From assembly GCA_032718475.1 (NCBI GenBank), contig JAUCBJ010002587.1:62001-126000 (forward strand): a DNA stretch of 64,000 bases, read 5' to 3'. The DNA is from Nemertoderma westbladi. Taxonomy: Eukaryota > Animalia > Xenacoelomorpha. Below are positions 42,783 through 53,732 of this stretch, one piece after another; within the stretch, counting starts at the first letter, position 1, and every line of letters begins with the position of its first letter. The notes beneath the pieces were generated by a model. The model did no database searches. It worked only from the letters and a program-made list of their open reading frames with translations, and was not told where the DNA came from. The translations under genes and the position numbers were made by a program.

Positions 42783-43617
42783 TACGTCTAGAGGCTTGGT
42801 CGTTCGACTGATACGTCTAGAGGCTTGGTCGTTCGACTGATACGTCTAGAGGCTTGGTCGTTTGACTGATACATCTAGAGGCTTGGTCGTTTGACTGATA
42901 CGTCTAGAGGTTTGGAGTGCGACTGAAACGTCTAGAGGCTTGGTCATTCGACTGATACGTCTAGAGGCTTGGACGTTCGACTGATACGTCTAGAGGCTTG
43001 GTCGTTCGACTGATACGTCTAGAGGCTTGGAGTTCGACTGATACGTCTAGAGGCTTGTTCGTTCGACTGATACGTCTAGAGGCTTGGTCGTTTGACTGAT
43101 ACTTCTAGAGGTTTGGAGTTCGACTGATACGTCTAGAGGCTTGGTCGTTCGACTGATACGTCTAGAGGCTTGGACGTTCGACTGATACGTCTAGAGGCTT
43201 GGTCGTTTGACTGATACGTCTAGAGGTTTGGAGTGCGACTGAAACGTCTAGAGGCTTGGTCGTTCGACTGAAACGTCTAGAGGCTTGGTCGTTTGACTGA
43301 TACGTCTAGAGGTTTGGAGTGCGACTGAAACGTCTAGGGGCTTGGTCGTTCGACTGAAACGTCTAGAGGCTTGGTCGTTCGACTGATACGTCTAGAGGCT
43401 TGGTCGTTCGACTGATACGTCTAGAGGTTTGGAGTGCGACTGAAACGTCTAGAGGCTTGGTCGTTCGACTGAAACGTCTAGAGGCTTGGTAGTTCGACTG
43501 ATACGTCTAGAGGCTTGGTCGTTCGACTGATACGTCTAGAGGCTTGGAGTTCGACTGATACGTCTAGAGGCTTGTTCGTTCGACTGATACGTCTAGAGGT
43601 TTGGTCGTTCGACTGAT
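42757..43617. repeat. 29-bp minisatellite (~30 copies) overlapping the TLDc stop codon and 3' UTR
   Basis: GTCTAGAGGCTTGGTCGTTCGACTGATAC repeated; the first copy encodes (S)LEAWSFD* of the exon. Confidence 0.95.
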
Positions 43618-44067
43618 CCCTATACTTCCCACACATCCATTGATTACAAAAAAGCTAAGGTGCTGAATGAATGATAAATTATATATTGATAAATTACACG
43701 TGTCTGTATTAGAGTGCAGTATGACGAGCTCTTTGGTGTAGTTAATTGTTCGACACTGACACGAATTGTGCTTCAGTGATGTAGTTACGGTGTGCTCTTC
43801 TAGTATACTACGGTTCGATTTGTCGTGGGTTGCTCGTTCTGCTGAGAGGTGATACATTTGTATTCGAGATTTTAAGTTAGTGCTAGAGGTTCTATTAATT
43901 ACATTGGCGCAGTTGTTTATATATTAAACTTTTTTTAATTATAAAGTCATTTAAGTATTACATAATACATCAGGGTCTTTTTTTTATTTATCTACTCATG
44001 TTAAACTGCAAGTGGTAATCATTATTTAAAACACTAAGTATTTTCTGGAAGTAAGTTTTATTTGTAG

Positions 44068-45152
44068 GGTGTCCGGACACTCCCCCCCCCCCAGACACTT
44101 CCCCCCCGCGGACACTTCCCCCCCCAGACACTTCCCCCCCGGACACTTCCCCCCCGACTGTTCTTAACTTCGCACATTCGTATTTTTCATTTTGTAAGGT
44201 AAACGGACCGCTTGTATCCAGATAAGTTATATCCAATTTTCCTTTCGTATCTCAGAAAGTGATCTTTTGCAACCCGATTTTACATTTTATATCCAAGTTT
44301 TATTTATGGGTTTTATCAATGCAATTACATCGTATTGTTTGCTAATCTTTAAACAATTAATTAGATGACCTATAAATTCCATCCCCCGAATGATATACTG
44401 TTTTTATTAACTATAGAATTATAATATTTAATTGTTTTAATTATAGGTATTATTATGTAATAGTCTTCTTCAAATTGTAGCAGATGGGGATGAATATTAT
44501 TGTTGCAATCAAAATTATACCTCTCCAGGGTAAAATCGACATGCGTCGACCTGTATTCTGTGTTCAGCATTACATATTGATAAACTAATTAAATTTCCTG
44601 GTTACTTGCAATATTTTTAATATGATTTTGTTGAATTATATAATATTGTAGTAATTTATATATTAAATTGGTTAACATTCAATACAGCTCCTACTTTAGG
44701 CTTAGTCAATTTATTATCTGATGATACAAACATGAATTGATTTATTTCAAAATGGTTTCAAAGTTTTTCACCACGGGCACACAAGGAATGCCGGGGTTTG
44801 GGGACGGCAGCCCCCAACCAAAGAAGCGAGGGTTTGGAGGCGGCAGCCCCCAACAAAAGAAGCGGGGGTTTGGGGGCGGCAGCCCCCAATTAAAAGAAAA
44901 ACAAACAAAATTTGACTATAAAAATCTTGAATAATCTTGAAAAAACTTGTCTAGATACAACTTGTCCTGTAACCATCTTTAACTTTTGTTTATTGCTTTG
45001 GTGCACCCAGATTAATTTTAACACTTTAACTGGGGGGGAAGTGTCCGGGGGGGAAGTGTCCTACTTTGGCGGGGGGGAAGTGTCCGGGGGTGAAGTGTCC
45101 GGGGGGGAAGTGTCCGGGGGTGAAGTGTCCGGGGGGGAAGTGTCCTAGATCC
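44068..45152. mobile_element. Non-autonomous TIR DNA transposon (~1.09 kb) with tandem subterminal repeats and 8-bp TSD
   Basis: Left end GGTGTCCGGACAC plus (GGACACTTCCCCCCC)n; right end (GGGGGGGAAGTGTCC)n plus TAGATCC. ATTTGTAG is duplicated at 44060-44067 and 45153-45160. No transposase ORF. Confidence 0.85.
44792..44890. repeat. Three copies of a ~36-bp GC-rich unit inside the TIR element
   Basis: GGGTTTGGRGRCGGCAGCCCCCAA-containing unit, three copies. Confidence 0.8.
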
Positions 45153-45400
45153 ATTTGTAGACTATCACCATTTATGAGGATGAAAATGCTACCCCACAGA
45201 AATGTCGGCAATCAGCACTGAGAAAATGAAAGTAAAAAATCTCTTGCAGTCTTTTAAATAATTATATTTTTGCGAATCAGTGCAAGCGAATAACTTAATA
45301 GGTATTTTTTAAAGAAAATTATTGTATTTGATTATCTCATTGAGTGCACACAGATGGGTTTGTTTGAGATACTTATCTTACTGTAACGCTAGTTCAAATA

Positions 45401-45624
45401 GGGTCAGAGTAAAACGCGGATCCGGATCCGGATTCTACATTTAACATTGTCCCTACGGAAGTCGATTTTTTTACATTTTTATAACTCCCAAAAATAAATC
45501 TATAACCTGTTCTATTGACTTTAGTTTATTGTTTTGGTTAAAATAACGTGCCACTGTAACCTGCTCCTTTCCCTAAATTGATAATTTTGGAATCCGGATC
45601 CGGATCCGCGTTTTACATCTACTC
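45401..45624. mobile_element. MITE (224 bp), Mutator-like by its 9-bp TSD
   Basis: TIRs GGGTCAGAGTAAAACGCGGATCCGGATCCGGATTC ... GAATCCGGATCCGGATCCGCGTTTTACATCTACTC. Flanked by GTTCAAATA (45392-45400) and GTTAAAATA (45625-45633), an 8/9 match. Confidence 0.75.
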
Positions 45625-46944
45625 GTTAAAATAGGTACTATGCAGTTTTCCCTAATTACCAGGAGTGGGTGGTATTTGTGTTAGTTGCTCATAAATTTTT
45701 ATTTAAACCTGTGTTAATGTGCTATTGTTAGTAATGTATTAATTAATTGACTTAAGTTACTTTGTCTAGGAAATTTTGTAGATTATTTTTAAGTAATTTT
45801 GTGTATTAAAAGATGTTTAATTTTGTTTTACCTTTTCCTCACAATAATGATTACTGTATGAAACTCGAAATAAATTGATTATAATATGACATTATTAATA
45901 TTCTAGTGATGTAAATAAAATATAAGTTATTAAATAATTAATTTCGTTCATTTTTATGTTGGGGGTCTGGGGGGTCATTCCGAAATGCTGTCGGGTCTAA
46001 TAAACCTGCTGCCACACAAGAAATAGGGTTGGTGCACGTAGAAATTGTTGGGCTAGAAACAAATGAATAAGGGGTAACAAGGTGCCCTGAATCGAGTGAC
46101 GGACGGGGTGTTTTTTTTGTATAAACACGAGAAAACGGTCGAAACGGCATGTTGAGGTAAGTGCAATTTCTAAACTTAAACGCCCAGGCTCTTATTCGAG
46201 TAAATACGGTGTATCAATTGAAAGGCGGATAGTATTGCGCGTTTTTTGACACTATAATTATTAATTAAATTTATACGAGTAAAGTTAAATGCTGTTTGCA
46301 ATTAATAGTGATCTCGGAAAATTATCCGCTTCCACAAATCTCAACTCAGTCTTGAATACACTCTTCAGAATTCATGATGTTTCAAACATTAAAGGGCATT
46401 GGCCAACATTTCCCCTCTATCAGCAGACATGATAACTACTGTACTGATGAGTAACCTCCCTCAAAAACACGCAGCATTTGGTTTGGTACATATATTGCAA
46501 GATTCAGCTTAAACGGATTAAGATCAGGGAAATTTCACATGAAAATATGTGAAATTAACCGTCGCCTTCGTCAAAGTCACGTCCGACTATACATACCCCT
46601 TCCCCTTCGATTTCCGACATGACATTAGCAACATATGTGGAGTGAAATTTTAATCTATTTGCAACCACCCCCCCCCCCCCCCCCCCCTTCCCACCACAGC
46701 ACCACTCCCCGGTTAGAATTCCCTAGTGTATCTCACTCGCGGGGTGTATTTTCCCTAGTGTATTTTAACCCCCTCCAGTGACAATTCACCCCTGCATTTA
46801 TCAATTGTCACTCTGCAAATCCATCCCCGGTTAAATTTCCCTTACTGTATTCTCACTCCCGGTATATTTTTTTGTATCTTCTACCGTACAGTATTTTACT
46901 ATGTACAAATCTACAGCGTGTATTTTTCTGTGTACTACAGTAGA

Positions 46945-49223
46945 TGTTAAACTAGCGCGACCCCTATACTAACAGCAGAACTGTTGAACAGACAAATACC
47001 CGTATACTTCTCTGCCAACCTAATGAGTTCCCGCCTAACCAATAAGACACAAAGACTGCTCTACTGTTAAGTAAAGGCGATCAGGAGCGTGCTATTACTA
47101 AATTGTAGGGCTGCTAAATACAAAACCGCTACTTACCGTTGGATGGCGCTAATCTGCCGTCCGCTAATATATTTTACTAAATTTACACGGCTCCCGCAAA
47201 ATCGCTTGTTCCTTTCTCTACCGATTGCTCGATAGAGAGCTAACTGTTCGAATCTATGAGCCACGCGGGAATAACCAAAACAATAAACCCGAGTCGGCTC
47301 CCTAAGCTTACTTAAGACGAGTGCGAGAGGCTTTGCACTCAGAGTATTCTTATGCCTAATTTTACTATTGAAATACGATAATGCCTACGTCTTTTCTAAT
47401 CGCGAATACTGGGGGTTCCCTAACGGAATGTATGAATGCGAGAATATTTAAAATAATCAAAATGGTACAGTATTTTGTCTCTACGTGGATAATACCGCTC
47501 TGGGTCTAAACTTGCCTGCAGCTGGCTTTAGGCCAGCAAATTACTAGTGTGTTGTGCGTACTGAATAATGCGATCTAGCTTATTGCCCGCTAATGCAAAT
47601 AACCGCTCAGCGTGAATAGTTTACAGTACCCTAATTATTACTTTAGCTATTCTCCGCTATGTTGCGTACTAATTCTTAATTTTACTAATCAATTACAGTC
47701 ACAAATATGTAACAGCGTACTAATTACTAAGAGTTCCAGAATGCGTAATTCTAATTTATTACACAACAGGTTTCGCTAGTAATAGCCTAAAATACCGTAT
47801 TACTTTGACCTAATCAGTAATTAATTGTTGTAAACTAAGAAATAGAAATCAATCTAAGGGAAAGGCGCCTACCTAAGCATTCGTAATCATAGGCACACTT
47901 CAGTAACACACCAATCAGCGTCAGCAATCACAGTTCGCAATTATGCAGTTCACTACCGTGTAGCCCACAGTTGTGCAATTCACTCTTCGTACTCCACACT
48001 TCACGCTGTAATACGTGCAGGCCTCTCCCGAGTACATCTAGGCTTCCTAACTAACCCGATTCCTGCCCCCCTAATACTAAATAGAGACGAAACCTGGATC
48101 ATAATAATTAATGTAATGTAATTAATGTAATCGTTAATCCCCCTAATTACTGTATCGGCGAATGGTCTGCATGCTACAGTGCGAAACGCCCGACCGCAAC
48201 GGTGACCCCCCGCCAGCGTTGCCCGCTTTTGAATCCTCCGCTCTCCCTTAGTCGCCCAACCCCCCGATGCGCCCACCGCCTACCGGCACCTTAGCCCTTC
48301 ATTTATTTGAATAGCTACCGTAGCGGCGCATGCAAATCACAAAGTCTGACAGTCTCAGAAAATCCCTTAGGATTATTGCGTAGAAATGAATCACATAGAA
48401 CCATTAACAAAAGGGGTAGAAATCATAGTTCCGATTGTAATTAGCAGTAATCGATAGGATTGATTGAGAAACGCAATTGAGAATAGTAGCACTAACAAAT
48501 CATTTCAAGAAATTAATCGAAAAATAGCAAATTGCAGAAATACGCAAAATTATACTTCTAACTTAATGGTACTAAATATGTCTGATGGCGTTGTTGTAAG
48601 AGGTAGCAAATGGATTGAGTTGATACAGCTCTACCGGCAAACCGCCAATTTATAGGTGATCCGAGAAGGGTGATGCAATCGCTCACTCATTGGCTCTTCA
48701 ATCCGCGCTTATCATTAGACCAACCTGGAAACAGTTAGTCCAATAAGAAAGCCGGATTGTAGCCCTATTGCTTCTCAAACCCTCAAAACGTCACCATATA
48801 AGGTAATTTTGCCGGTGCTTAATTTAGCGGTACTAATAACATGATGCACAAACATTAATTTAGCGCAATTATAGGAAATTACGACACGTGATAGCTAGCC
48901 CATCAAGACTAATAACAGCAAGCCCAAAATCCAGGGTCCAACTGAACTTGCTACCCTGGAACTATCTACTTATATCCTAATACAAAATTACGTAGGTAGG
49001 GCTACATACAGTACTATACAAAATGGATGAATTCAAATATATGGGCGTTTCAATTTCCTTATCTAAGTGTCACTGCGCTATTATACCTTATCTAAATAAT
49101 TATATTGCATAACAGACTAATATTGCGTACAGTATAACGGACTAATATATTATACTGCATAATGGACCAATATATTATACTGTATAATGGCTAATAATGT
49201 GTACAGCGCCATATACCGTAACA
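46945..49223 (-). repeat. Candidate 3' LTR of the BEL/Pao element (boundaries tentative)
   Basis: On the minus strand a short purine-rich GGAGCGG precedes TGTTA at 49223. A matching inverted TGTTA lies at 46945. TATAAA (minus, ~48650) and AATAAA (minus, ~48305) are inside. The partner LTR is outside the window, so this is unverified. Confidence 0.35.
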
Positions 49224-49335
49224 CCGCTCCAAGGGAAATCATACAATGTTTCCCTCCAACTGTAGAAGAGTATAAGGTGATGTATACAAACAAAATAAAT
49301 TTCTTTCAAATAATCTAAATAACACAATAATTCTA

Positions 49336-49505
49336 CTATTTACAAATATTGCCTGTCATAGATATTGCATAATGGAATTGCATACAAATTAAATTTACAA
49401 ATATTATCTCTCTCACTGTTTAACGATTATTACATACAAATTAAATTTACAAAATATTGTTTCTCGTTCGTACTACATAATGATTACTACATACAAGATC
49501 AAATA
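49336..49505. repeat. Degenerate ~55-bp AT-rich tandem repeat in the element's 3' UTR
   Basis: CATACAAATTAAATTTACAAA(A)TATT..TCTC recurs about three times. Confidence 0.6.
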
Positions 49506-49715
49506 TAAAAAATTTTGCTAGGGCAAGTGAAAGGAGTAAGCCAAACCCGCAGGTTTGTCTCCCCAATCACTTCCTTCGCCTCTCTCATAATATAAATTCA
49601 AAACAGCTCAACTAGTGTATATGAGTCTAGTCGGATATTTCTAAAATGCTACAATATACATCAGAGCGACGATGATGTATATATCTAGAGTCTGTCGCCC
49701 TGTGCTATAAATGCA

Positions 49716-52700
49716 TTATCGACCCGCTCCTGGGTTCTTTGGGCTCGCTACCCTCTTTCGCCCTCTTCCCAGATACACCAGTCTACCCCCTGTAGACTCT
49801 GTTGACGGCGTCCGTGAGGCGTCACTCCCCGGAACCGGCGACGATGTTCCCTGAGCCCCGACAGACTCCCGGCTGGTACTTCTACCTCGGCCTCGTCCCA
49901 ATTGTCGTGCTCCTGTGGTCGCTTCCGCCAACTCTTCCTTCTGCAATTGCACGCGCGCCTTCTCCGACGCACCCTGCGCCTTGCGCTGCAATCGCTGTGC
50001 CTCTATTATAGAGTGATAGTGGTCGTCCTTGACTTGACGCTTGTCTTGGACCTCTCCTCCTGGTTCTCTCCGCGAGCCTTGAGCTCCAGCGGTTGTCGCT
50101 GTGGTCGCTGCGATTCTCTGTTCCTGTATCCTCTCAGCGGTCAATGACCCCACTGGCACATGAGTCAACAAGAATTCGTTGCGGTATTGTATAGCCGCCA
50201 TCCTCCAATCACCTCGCGCGCGTACCACTTTTCTAGTTTCCGAAAACAGACCTTTTGTAATCCGGTCGCAAATGGCAACAAAGTTCCAAGTATACTTGTT
50301 ATCCATATTTAACTGTCTGAAGTATTCTCGGACTACGATAACTCCAGTGTTTTGTGGAAGGTCTTGAGCGGTTAGGATGAGCTCTTGATACTGTGGCAAA
50401 GACTGTAAATACGGCTCATATGCAACGTGAGATGGGTCTACTGCCCAGAATCCGTATCCCGCCTTAAATGGTAACCAACGCATCTGCGCTTGAATGTGGT
50501 AGTCGGCCACACTTTCCCACTTATCTAACATCTCCCGAAGTAGGTTAGCGCTATGGTTTTGGAAGGAATCATCTCGCAGCTGACATCTCGCGCTGCGATG
50601 TCCCTTTACCCCACAATATCCGCATTGAGAAATGAAGACGGTGCACGTGTGAAACGAATGGTCGGTCTCATTACACCAACGGCAGACCTTATGCGCCGCC
50701 TCTACTACCGCGTCGCACGACTTTTGATTGTGCCTTGTGCTGCCGCACAACTTACACCTCCGCGCTTGTGGAAACCAGGCCCTCTCGTATATGAGGTCTC
50801 CAATCGGTTTCGCACTTCCTTCTTTCCCAATGTCTAATACGATGTCGTCCTCTCCGGTCAGCGGTTGTCGATCCGGAACAAAGTAAACATCCTCGCCCTT
50901 GTCCTCTATCTCCAATATTTCCTCCCGCGTTCGTTTCGGATATGTCTTCTCCACCGGAAGATCTACTCCGAACACCTCTACTAACGTCTCCGGCCAACCC
51001 TCCTTAACGGGTCTATCAGCCTCCGAGTGGAAGGGAGTACCAAACCCGCGGGTTTGATTCCCGAACCACTTCTCCAAGGCTTCTGGCGTCGGATATTCCA
51101 TCGACGGTCGGTCTCCCAAATCTCCGATGTTCTGTCGATATACTCCTTCGAATATCGCTAATCCTCTCCTAACCATCGACGTATTCTCTAACGATTGGTT
51201 GAAGAACGGGGTTAAGAAACGCTTCATCACGTCGGATTGGATTCCCCCTTTCGAGCGAACGTATTGATCTCCTCCGAATACCAATGGATGACGCTTCAAA
51301 ACTCGCGCAACGATATCCGCTAATAAACAAGTCACCGTGTTCGACTCAAGCACCAAATAATATTGTAGCGACGCACGGGGTGGCGCGCAAATGTTCCAAT
51401 ACACTAACGCTTGCCGCTTGAAGTGGGATTTGAACTCCGCTCCCGGTGGCGTGTTGTATTCGCCATACGCCTCCTCGTATTTCTTCTGCGTCTTTAACTT
51501 AAAGTCCCAATTATACAATAAGTGTGCTATGAAGCCCATACCAGTCTTGGCAGAGTTGGGATACTCCCTATAAATTCCAATATCCTGTGCCCATAGCAAC
51601 AATAGCTTGGTGTCGACGAACGGTCTCGGCAATCTATCTTCCAGATCAGTCATGGCGTTGAAGTCACTCTCCAAATCGCTCTGGACTCCCGATCCCACCT
51701 TGACGTAATCTTGGTTGAGAATAGCCTCTCTAACCTTCTTGGGTAGCATCCTGGCGTCGATACGCTCCGCTCCGTGCATACCTCCTCGCCTGCATACCTC
51801 CAAAATCTGCTCCCTAGGATCCTTCCCCCTCCGATATTGTGTCGTTATGATGGGCTCCGGTCTCTCTCGATCCGCCCTCACGCGCATAAACACATGAGTC
51901 ACACCATCGGCCGCACGAATTTGAATGCACTTGCTAGTCAAACATTCCTGATGGGACCCTCCTTCATTGTCATAGAACATCACCCTCCAATCCTGCAGTG
52001 ATTCCTCCGTTTTCCTCCACTGACGCTGAATCTCGTCTGATGGGGTCCACATGCGCTCGATAGCCTTGTGGTCATCATATCGGGTGTAAGAACCCTTCCT
52101 CCTCAGCCACGTCTGGTCTACCTCCTCGTCGTCTGGGAATGTAGCCACCGCGACCCATACTTTGATGTACTTATCCAACCATCCAAACAGTTTGCTCTCC
52201 TTCCCCGGAGCTCCAATCTTGTCCAATGTGTCATAATCTGTGATCTGCATTGGGACATCACGCAAGAACTTCGCGCATAAAACTTCCCGTAGACAGTCAA
52301 CGTTCCAATGATCCGCCATTCTTACCATCGGCAAGAATCTTATCGCTTCTCGCGACTCCGGATGATCTACTAATATCGCAGGTTCGTTGCCGTCGGAATA
52401 ATACACCGGTCGGGGTTGAGATACGACCTGTGGAACAAATCCGGTCACTCTCCTCGTCTCCTCTTGATGTCTATCCGCGGTCTTATTATACTCCGCTATC
52501 CTATTCTCGAATAACTCTTTCGCCTTCGCCGCTCGCTCCTCCTGTCGCAACGCGTCTATGTCGTCCTGATGCTCAGGAGTGAGGGTTCTCGCTCGGTGAG
52601 GTGAAGTAAACGCAGTCCAGGGACTCGAGAGCTCCAAACCCGCGGGTTTGGTACCCGAGTCCCGTGCCGCTTCGCGCCGCGCCTCTAGATCCTTGTAGGC

Positions 52701-53423
52701 TCGGTACAGCGAAATGGCCGCTGCCGTCTCTATCAAACTGGGTGTCGAACAGGGTTTAATCTCCGTATACGGATCTAATGTCGTAACGGTCGGCGTAATG
52801 GGTCTCGGAGGTCGCTTTCCGCTGAAGTCGATACTGATCATCGGGTTGCTCATCGGGTAACCTCCCTCGTTATATCTAAGGAACTGGTGAGCTTGACATC
52901 GCGTTAATATCGGTTCTGGATGTTGCTCGTCTAGTCGGTCGGGAATCGCCACGTCTTGTTTATTCATGCATTCACCGCACTTGTAGAACAGCTTGTACAC
53001 GCTGAAGATTTTCGGCGTCTCCTGATCCTCGCCTCGAGTCCTCCGGTACAGATGCATTCCGTCGAACTGATCGCGGACTGCAGGTAGAGGTTCTTCGTGT
53101 CGTAAATACATATTCATATGGTACAGCCGTGCGATCTCCTCGTCCGGGTCTGCACTAATGTCACATACGTCTAAAGCGAAGTCGTAGGGATACCGAGTGC
53201 GATACTCTCTCCGCAAAACTTCCATACGGTCCCCCAACGCTCTCATTCTTTCCCTCCGTAATTCCTTATCATAAGTGGGTTTGTATTTCCCATTTAGCTC
53301 CATCACCGACCGCCCATGGTAGTAAACGTTCGAATCTTTACATCCCGGTCGCGCGAATGGTAGCTCCGCCTCCTCTCTGGCAGTAAATCCTCTGCGCGGT
53401 TGCGCTCTAATATCCTTCTCCAT
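49716..53423 (-). CDS. Accessory ORF (~1235 aa from the first in-frame ATG): DnaQ/DEDDy 3'-5' exonuclease-like domain (WRN/Mut-7/EXD/RNase D type), three CCHC zinc knuckles and an RG-rich tail
   Basis: Open for 3.7 kb. ExoI-like MFYDNEG (~51961-51980), ExoII-like LPKKVREAILNQDYVKVGSGVQSDL (~51672-51750), FVDTK, GMGFIAHLL, ExoIII-like W....P...LQYYLVLES (~51341-51400). Knuckles CKLCGSTRHNQKSC, CRWCNETDHSFHTC and CGYCGVKGHRSARC (~50583-50756). C-terminal GRGRGR. Confidence 0.8.
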   Translation of the reverse strand: MEKDIRAQPRRGFTAREEAELPFARPGCKDSNVYYHGRSVMELNGKYKPTYDKELRRERMRALGDRMEVLRREYRTRYPYDFALDVCDISADPDEEIARLYHMNMYLRHEEPLPAVRDQFDGMHLYRRTRGEDQETPKIFSVYKLFYKCGECMNKQDVAIPDRLDEQHPEPILTRCQAHQFLRYNEGGYPMSNPMISIDFSGKRPPRPITPTVTTLDPYTEIKPCSTPSLIETAAAISLYRAYKDLEARREAARDSGTKPAGLELSSPWTAFTSPHRARTLTPEHQDDIDALRQEERAAKAKELFENRIAEYNKTADRHQEETRRVTGFVPQVVSQPRPVYYSDGNEPAILVDHPESREAIRFLPMVRMADHWNVDCLREVLCAKFLRDVPMQITDYDTLDKIGAPGKESKLFGWLDKYIKVWVAVATFPDDEEVDQTWLRRKGSYTRYDDHKAIERMWTPSDEIQRQWRKTEESLQDWRVMFYDNEGGSHQECLTSKCIQIRAADGVTHVFMRVRADRERPEPIITTQYRRGKDPREQILEVCRRGGMHGAERIDARMLPKKVREAILNQDYVKVGSGVQSDLESDFNAMTDLEDRLPRPFVDTKLLLLWAQDIGIYREYPNSAKTGMGFIAHLLYNWDFKLKTQKKYEEAYGEYNTPPGAEFKSHFKRQALVYWNICAPPRASLQYYLVLESNTVTCLLADIVARVLKRHPLVFGGDQYVRSKGGIQSDVMKRFLTPFFNQSLENTSMVRRGLAIFEGVYRQNIGDLGDRPSMEYPTPEALEKWFGNQTRGFGTPFHSEADRPVKEGWPETLVEVFGVDLPVEKTYPKRTREEILEIEDKGEDVYFVPDRQPLTGEDDIVLDIGKEGSAKPIGDLIYERAWFPQARRCKLCGSTRHNQKSCDAVVEAAHKVCRWCNETDHSFHTCTVFISQCGYCGVKGHRSARCQLRDDSFQNHSANLLREMLDKWESVADYHIQAQMRWLPFKAGYGFWAVDPSHVAYEPYLQSLPQYQELILTAQDLPQNTGVIVVREYFRQLNMDNKYTWNFVAICDRITKGLFSETRKVVRARGDWRMAAIQYRNEFLLTHVPVGSLTAERIQEQRIAATTATTAGAQGSRREPGGEVQDKRQVKDDHYHSIIEAQRLQRKAQGASEKARVQLQKEELAEATTGARQLGRGRGRSTSRESVGAQGTSSPVPGSDASRTPSTESTGGRLVYLGRGRKRVASPKNPGAGR

Positions 53424-53732
53424 TATACCCCGCGTATATACATATATATATCCCAATAAGTGCCGTTACGTAACCAATTACACTGTGGGTAAATCAGTTA
53501 GATGTCGCCGAAGGACAGACCTCCCGAACCCCCCCCCCCCCCCCCCCCCGCTGCCTTCCAGCAGTTCAGGTTCGACTCTCTAGATCCCGTCTCTTCCTAA
53601 CTAACTATCCTCTAACCTATTCCCATGCATAGCGCAAAAACTTTGGAGATAAACTGGCCGTGACCAACTCACTTTTTGATGCCCAAACTACTCCCATTAC
53701 TCGTACTAAACTACAGTAGTTAGAAGGACTAT

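Noticed and set aside
1-43617. CRISPR-like array
   Set aside because: Repeats are contiguous with no unique spacers, there are no cas genes, and the context is eukaryotic (spliced exon, LTR and LINE elements).
43988-45211. Short ORFs with GGEVS / PGHFP / GFGGGSPQ repeats
   Set aside because: Translations of the TIR element's subterminal and internal repeats.
46668-46870. C20 run followed by degenerate CACTCCCCGG..TTCCCTAGTGTA repeats as a distinct element
   Set aside because: Too degenerate to define termini or a TSD; probably an old repeat remnant.
49716-53456. env gene in the third-ORF position
   Set aside because: No signal peptide, fusion peptide or C-terminal TM helix; the protein is hydrophilic with nuclease and zinc-knuckle motifs.
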